A DNA stretch of 43,919 bases from a bacterium (GTDB lineage: Bacteria > UBA9089 > CG2-30-40-21 > SBAY01), in contig JBFLYA010000005.1 in NCBI GenBank assembly GCA_040757115.1, positions 1 to 43,919 on the forward strand. The letters are read 5' to 3'. The notes under the pieces are model-generated. The model did no database searches. It saw only the letters and a list, made by a program, of their open reading frames with translations, and was not told the origin of the DNA. Each line of letters opens with the position of its first letter. Positions within the stretch are counted from its first letter, which is position 1. Position numbers and translations under genes: made by a program. Positions 38,504 through 43,919 of this stretch are shown in pieces.

Positions 38504-41215
38504 ATGATAGAATTACCAAAAGAAAAATATACTGGTAAAATTGGTGAAGTCGTTATTGGCAAAGATTTAAAGGTTGGCGGCGAAAATACCTTTCCTTTTT
38601 ATACCTTCGAAGGGGATTTGCCAAATGAACCCAGAATCGCATTGGAAGTCTATGACATCGAGCCAAAAGACTGGCCACAGGCTTGCCTTGAGCCATTTAA
38701 AGAGGTGGTTTCTGACCCGGTTGCCTGGGCAAAAAGATGCGTAGAATACGGGGCGGATATGATTTGTGTTCAATTGATTGGCACTGACCCAACCGCTGAG
38801 AATAAATCCGCGGAAGAAGCCGCAGAACTTTGTAAAAAAATCGCCGAGGCAGTGAATATTCCTATCCTTGTCTGGGGAAGCGGGAAAATAGAAAAGGATG
38901 CAGAGGTATTGAAAAAGGTCGCTGATGCCACTCAAGGTAAAAATCTGGTTTTAGCCCCGGTTCAGGAAAATAATTATAAAACAATCGGTGCGGTCGCCAT
39001 TGGTTATAAAAATAAAATCTCTGCCTCTGCTCCGATGGATGTGAATTTATCCAAACAACTCAATATCCTTCTTTCAAATCTTGGTGTTGCGGATGACCAG
39101 ATTATCATTGACCCCACTGCCGCTTCACTCGGATATGGAATTGAATATGTCTATTCAATTATCGAGCGAGCTAAACAGGCCGCTCTTACCCAAAATGATG
39201 TAAAATTGCAAATGCCCATTGTGGTTAATCTTGGCAAAGAGGCATGGAAGGTAAAAGAAGTAAAAATACCCGAATCTTATGAGACAAAACTGGGCAATAT
39301 TGGAGATGCCAGAGAAAGAGGTATCCTCTGGGAAGCCATCTCGGCTATGGGTTTGCTAATCGCCGGGGCAGATATTATTATCATCCGGCATCCAGAGACT
39401 CTAAAATTAGTTCGCAAGATTACAAATAAATTATTGGGTAAGGAAATAGAAAAAACTGCTGTGGAAAAACCAAAAGAAGAAATTAAACCCACGCCAGAAA
39501 TACCAAAACCTGCACTCCCAACAGATGTGTCTGAAGTGATTTTAAAACTTACGCAAGAGATAGAAATCCTGAAGAAACGATTAGACGAACATAAACCAGC
39601 TACGGTTAAGATTATTATTGAAGGTCCGGCAGAGGTCATAATCGAAAAAGTGGGTGAAGAAAAACCAACCGTTCCCTTTGTTGAGATGCCTGTAAAAAGA
39701 AAATCAGTCATTTCTCTTAAAGAAGTGATTATCGATGGGGTAGTTGAAAAATTTAGCTATGACTACGAGGCACGAGTTGAGGGACAAAAGGTCTCCTGCA
39801 AATTTGGAACAACAGGTGTTTGTTGTCGGCTCTGTGCTATGGGACCCTGCCGAATCTCACCAAAAACCGATAAAGGCTTATGCGGGGCAACTCCAGATAC
39901 GATTGCGGCAAGAAATCTTATCCGAATGATTGCTGTTGGCGCCTCATTATTTACTGATTATACTCGTTCTGCAGTAAAAAGAGTAGAATCAGAAGAGATA
40001 AAAACTTTTGCAGAAGAATTTGGCAGACATTCCGGAGAACCAGGATTTCTTAAATCTGTCCCGAAAAAAATATACAATATCTGGCAAAAAATGGATATTC
40101 TTCCCCGCGGCATCGACCGTGAAATTGTTGAATTGATGCATCGAACCCATATGGGTGTTGACCAGGATTTTAATAATCTCTTGCAGTGTGGTTTGCGAGT
40201 TGCCCTCTCCTCTGGTCTGGGAAGTACATTTATCGGCTCACAGGTTAAAGAGGCATTATCCCCACCAAAACAATTATCCACATTTTCACTTAATTTTATA
40301 GAAAAAGATGCCTTCAATATTATTGTGCCTGTGGAGTCACTCGACGCCTTTTATCAAGCCGCTGAAGAAACTGAGATAAAAACCCTTGCCAGACAATTGG
40401 GCATTCCAAAGATAAAAATTATAAATTTAGAAGATGTCATCAGCCAGGAAATGGCAATGATGACGGGCGCGATTGATGTCATTGTGGCTGATGAAACAAC
40501 ACCAATTTCCGCATTACTCATTGCCTCCTGCTACCATACCCGCGCATTTACACTAACTTCAATAGATATTGCCGGCGTAAAGAAGATGGATAATGCCAGT
40601 TCTATCTTAAAAAAGGCATTAGCCAACATCCAGAATCGCGGGGCAATGAACATCACGGAAAATGAACTGGAAATTACCTCAAAACTCCCGACTAATACAG
40701 ACAAAATAAAGGGAATAGCGATTGTTTTAAACTGCAAAGGAGACTATACGGAAACGATTAAGGAGCTTATTACCAATGATATTCTCGTTTTGCATGCGGG
40801 ATGTGGGAGTTTGGAATTGGCTAAAAACGGTTTGTTCAATAAGTCTGCTGTTCAGTTTGCCGGGAAAAATCTTGCCGCCTTTTGTGAGCAAGAGAATATT
40901 TCACCGTGCATTTATGTAGGCACCTGTATGGACATATCAAAGGTGATAGTGTCAATGATGTCTTTGGAGAATATTTTAGCAATCATCCCGGAATGGATAG
41001 GTGAAAAGGCGATTGCCCAGGCATTTTTTATGCTTGGTTGTGGACTACCAGTTATTCTGGGCAAGGATTTCTGGGTAAGTGGGACTAAAGAATTAGTTAA
41101 TCTCCTTTACAAAGATAACCCACTTGGGACAAGATTTATTTATAAAGAAGATAACATAGCCCAGGAAACATTAAATCTTATAAACCAGGAAACATTAAAT
41201 CTTATAAAAATGTAA
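38504..41215 (+). CDS. acsD: Fusion of corrinoid Fe-S protein small subunit (AcsD/CdhD) with a degenerate CooS/CODH-like domain
   Basis: N-terminal ~310 aa: VGGENTFPFY.FEG, DVNLSKQLN, LGYGIEY, GADIIIIRHP; Pro/Glu linker; then CKFG..GVCCRLCAMGPCRI...GLCGA, PRGIDRE...MHRTHMG, PEW..EKA. Confidence 0.85.
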   Translation: MIELPKEKYTGKIGEVVIGKDLKVGGENTFPFYTFEGDLPNEPRIALEVYDIEPKDWPQACLEPFKEVVSDPVAWAKRCVEYGADMICVQLIGTDPTAENKSAEEAAELCKKIAEAVNIPILVWGSGKIEKDAEVLKKVADATQGKNLVLAPVQENNYKTIGAVAIGYKNKISASAPMDVNLSKQLNILLSNLGVADDQIIIDPTAASLGYGIEYVYSIIERAKQAALTQNDVKLQMPIVVNLGKEAWKVKEVKIPESYETKLGNIGDARERGILWEAISAMGLLIAGADIIIIRHPETLKLVRKITNKLLGKEIEKTAVEKPKEEIKPTPEIPKPALPTDVSEVILKLTQEIEILKKRLDEHKPATVKIIIEGPAEVIIEKVGEEKPTVPFVEMPVKRKSVISLKEVIIDGVVEKFSYDYEARVEGQKVSCKFGTTGVCCRLCAMGPCRISPKTDKGLCGATPDTIAARNLIRMIAVGASLFTDYTRSAVKRVESEEIKTFAEEFGRHSGEPGFLKSVPKKIYNIWQKMDILPRGIDREIVELMHRTHMGVDQDFNNLLQCGLRVALSSGLGSTFIGSQVKEALSPPKQLSTFSLNFIEKDAFNIIVPVESLDAFYQAAEETEIKTLARQLGIPKIKIINLEDVISQEMAMMTGAIDVIVADETTPISALLIASCYHTRAFTLTSIDIAGVKKMDNASSILKKALANIQNRGAMNITENELEITSKLPTNTDKIKGIAIVLNCKGDYTETIKELITNDILVLHAGCGSLELAKNGLFNKSAVQFAGKNLAAFCEQENISPCIYVGTCMDISKVIVSMMSLENILAIIPEWIGEKAIAQAFFMLGCGLPVILGKDFWVSGTKELVNLLYKDNPLGTRFIYKEDNIAQETLNLINQETLNLIKM

Positions 41216-41640
41216 GCGTTCAGGAATCAGCCATCAGTTGTCAGCATTTAGCCATCTTTTAGCTAAAAAAGCGAACTGATTACAGGAGAAACTGGGCATG
41301 TCCCAGGAGTGGACACAAACGACGATGAAAATTAATGGGACGCAGATTTACAGGATTTACAAGATTTTAAAGAAAAACTACTAAGGCACTCTAAAAACAT
41401 CAAGAAACACTAATGGAATAACTATAGAAATACAATAATAAAAAATTAATTTTAATCCTGTTCATCTGCGAAAATCTGCGTCCCAATTTACATTTTCAGG
41501 AGAAACGCTCATGCCCACAGGAAGTGGGCACAAAGAAAGATGAAAAATGGGTTTGAGGGTTTAATGGTTCAGGTGAAATCAGGTTGAAGCCTGCGGCTAC
41601 CAGCCTTCCCGAGTCCCGAACCCCGAGTCCCGATTTTCAG
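41212..41640. repeat. IS66-like left end followed by a third ATTTTCA/TGAAAAT array in opposite orientation (~41279-41332, 41492-41547, half-site 41633-41640)
   Basis: GTAAGCGTTCAG at 41212; ATTTTCAGGAGAAACGCTCATGCCCACAGGAAGTGGGCACAAAGAAAGATGAAAA. Confidence 0.8.
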
Positions 41641-41672
41641 GTAAACATTTAAACTGATTGGAGGTAAAAATA

Positions 41673-43640
41673 GTGGTTGTAACAACAGAAAAAGAAAAAA
41701 AAGTAGAAAAAAAGATTGATGAGTTAACCGTAGATAAAGCATCGATGGAAATGCTACAAAAAGCTAGAACGGCTAACATTGAGACCGTGTGGGATAGACA
41801 CGAGAAGATGAGTCCGAGGTGTAAATTTGGAGAAGGGGGAATATGTTGTCGTGAATGCGGAAAAGGTCCCTGTCGAATTACGCCTAAGGCACCACAGGGT
41901 GTTTGTGGTGCAGATGACGGTTTGATTGCCGCAAGAAATCTGGCTAAAATGACCGTGGGTGGCTCTGCCGCTCACTCAGACCACGGTCGCGCTGTTGCTG
42001 AAATATTCCTCGCCGCGGCTAAAGGGGAAGCCCCTGGCTACCAGATTAAAGATGAAATAAGACTTCATCAGGTCGCAAAATTATTTGGGATAAACACCGT
42101 AGAAAAGACAAATCAGGAAATTGCCATTGAAGTTGGCGAACTTGCCTTATCAGAATTTGGTAAGCAAGATGACGAATTAACATTCATTAAACGAGCTCCG
42201 GAAAAAAGACAGGAAATCTGGAAAAAACTGGGGATTGTCCCAGGAGGTATAGACCGCGAGGTAGTTTATCTAATGCATCAGATTCATACCGGCGTAAGTG
42301 ATGATGTTGAGGATATTTCTTTAGCCAATTTCAGGTGTAGTCTGGCAGATGGTTGGGGAGGGTCAATGATTGCGACTGAACTTCAAGATGTCCTTTTTGG
42401 TGCCCCTGTCCCCGTGAGGTCACGGGCCAACCTGGGTGTGCTTAAAGAAGATGAGGTAAATATCATTGTTCATGGACATGAACCGATATTATCTGAACTG
42501 GTCGTTGCCGTTTCTTCAGAGCCAGAAATGATTCAATTAGCAAAAGAGCAAGGAGCAAAAGGTATAAATATTGCAGGAATGTGTTGCACGGCAAATGAAA
42601 TCCTTATGCGACACGGCATTCTGCTTGCAGGTAATTTCTTACAACAAGAACTGGCAATTATGACTGGCGCGGTGGAGGCGATGATTGTGGATGTCCAATG
42701 TATTATGCAATCCCTGACTCCGGTTGCCTCCTGTTTTCATACCAAAATAATTACCACCTCAAAAAAGGCAAAAATTCCAGGTGCAATCCATATCGAGTTT
42801 GATGAACACGATGCCATAAATACCGCAAAAGAGATTGTTAAACGGGCTGTCTTGAATTTCAAAAATCGCAAAAAAGATGTCGTTATCCCAAAACAATCTA
42901 TGGAATTAATTGCCGGCTTTACCCATGAATATGTCAATTATATGCTTGGTGGAAGGTTTCGGGCTTCTTACCGCCCACTTAATGACAATGTTATCAATGG
43001 TCGGATAAAAGGTGTGGTTGGAATTGTGGGATGTAATAATCCAAAGGTGAAATATGATGCGGTGCATCTTGAAGTTACCAGAGAACTTATTGCCAATGAT
43101 ATTTTAGTTGTGCAGACAGGCTGTGCGGCGATAGCCTGTGCTAAGGAAGGATTATTATTACCAGAGGCCGCGGTGAAATATGCGGGTAAGGGATTAGCTG
43201 AGGTCTGTGAGGCAGTTGGTATGCCACCTGTGCTCCATTGTGGTTCCTGTGTGGATAATTCCCGCATCCTTATTGCCTGCACCGAAATGGTTCGTGAAGG
43301 TGGACTTGGGAATGATATTTCAGAATTACCTGTAGTTGGAATCGCACCAGAATGGATGTCCGAAAAGGCAATCGCCATTGGGCATTATGTTGTTGCCTCT
43401 GGAATTTTTACCATATTTGGCGTCACCTATCCTGTCATTGGCAGTGAATCAGCAAAAAAGATGGTTTTTGAGAAATATGGCGAGCTTGTCGATGGCAAAT
43501 TTGCTTTAGCCGTTACTCCATCAGAGATTGTCAATCTCACGATTGACCACATCAATAAAAAACGCAAGGCACTTGGAATTGATAAACCCAAAGAAAGAAT
43601 ATTGTATGATATGGAGATGAGACGAGAGCTTAAGTTTTAG
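41673..43640 (+). CDS. cooS: Anaerobic Ni-Fe carbon monoxide dehydrogenase, AcsA/CooS type (start probably GTG 41673)
   Basis: CKFG..GICCRECGKGPC...CG, HSDH, HGHEP, GMCC, DVQC, GCNN, TGC, GSCVD, SEKA all present; RBS GGAGGT. Confidence 0.96.
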   Translation: MVVTTEKEKKVEKKIDELTVDKASMEMLQKARTANIETVWDRHEKMSPRCKFGEGGICCRECGKGPCRITPKAPQGVCGADDGLIAARNLAKMTVGGSAAHSDHGRAVAEIFLAAAKGEAPGYQIKDEIRLHQVAKLFGINTVEKTNQEIAIEVGELALSEFGKQDDELTFIKRAPEKRQEIWKKLGIVPGGIDREVVYLMHQIHTGVSDDVEDISLANFRCSLADGWGGSMIATELQDVLFGAPVPVRSRANLGVLKEDEVNIIVHGHEPILSELVVAVSSEPEMIQLAKEQGAKGINIAGMCCTANEILMRHGILLAGNFLQQELAIMTGAVEAMIVDVQCIMQSLTPVASCFHTKIITTSKKAKIPGAIHIEFDEHDAINTAKEIVKRAVLNFKNRKKDVVIPKQSMELIAGFTHEYVNYMLGGRFRASYRPLNDNVINGRIKGVVGIVGCNNPKVKYDAVHLEVTRELIANDILVVQTGCAAIACAKEGLLLPEAAVKYAGKGLAEVCEAVGMPPVLHCGSCVDNSRILIACTEMVREGGLGNDISELPVVGIAPEWMSEKAIAIGHYVVASGIFTIFGVTYPVIGSESAKKMVFEKYGELVDGKFALAVTPSEIVNLTIDHINKKRKALGIDKPKERILYDMEMRRELKF

Positions 43641-43796
43641 TAAAGGGGGCTTTGGGGTCAGACCTCGAAAGCAGAATTAATCAAATTAAGTACCTGTTTA
43701 GCGTGGTCAGAGAACATGAAGGAAAAGTATCGAGTTATTACAAAACTATTTGAAATACAATAAGTTTTGTAATACAAAATTAAAAATTAAATATTA

Positions 43797-43919
43797 GTAA
43801 CCGTTCAGGCTATATATCAAAAGTGTAAGAAAGGGGATAAGGAGATAAGAGTGATATGGAGATAAGATAATAGAAATAGATTGAAATTTATAGAAATAGG
43901 TAGAAATTGATTGTGGAAA
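43797..43919. mobile_element. Left end of another GTAACCGTTCAG MITE running off the window
   Basis: GTAACCGTTCAGG followed by GGAGATAA and TAGAAAT repeat tracts. Confidence 0.65.

Overview
AT-rich chromosomal window from a diderm (LpxL-type acyltransferase), probably anaerobic, Wood-Ljungdahl-type bacterium (metF, an AcsD-containing gene, AcsA/CooS CO dehydrogenase). Housekeeping genes (rny-ymdB, leuA, mazG, tRNA-Cys, metal ABC transporter, adenylate cyclase) are mixed with accessory loci: a MazF toxin-antitoxin pair near an attC-like site, Tad-like genes, a 10-kb secreted beta-helix/amidase locus and an HD-nSTAND1-HEAT NLR-like protein. The main candidates for novelty are: (1) a 903-aa fusion of the corrinoid Fe-S small subunit AcsD to a CODH-like domain that keeps its D/B-cluster cysteines but has lost several C-cluster ligands, just upstream of an intact cooS; (2) a dense set of nested intergenic miniature elements, including IS66-like GTAA...TTAC MITEs with 8-bp target duplications, elements carrying GxxExxY or four-helix-bundle gene remnants between 7-9-bp tandem inverted repeats, and short arrays of a ~55-bp ATTTTCA...TGAAAAT hairpin site separating interchangeable cargo; (3) a 36-bp direct repeat that makes one gene of the beta-helix locus look like a swappable cassette. 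All family calls come from motif recognition by eye; no database search was run.
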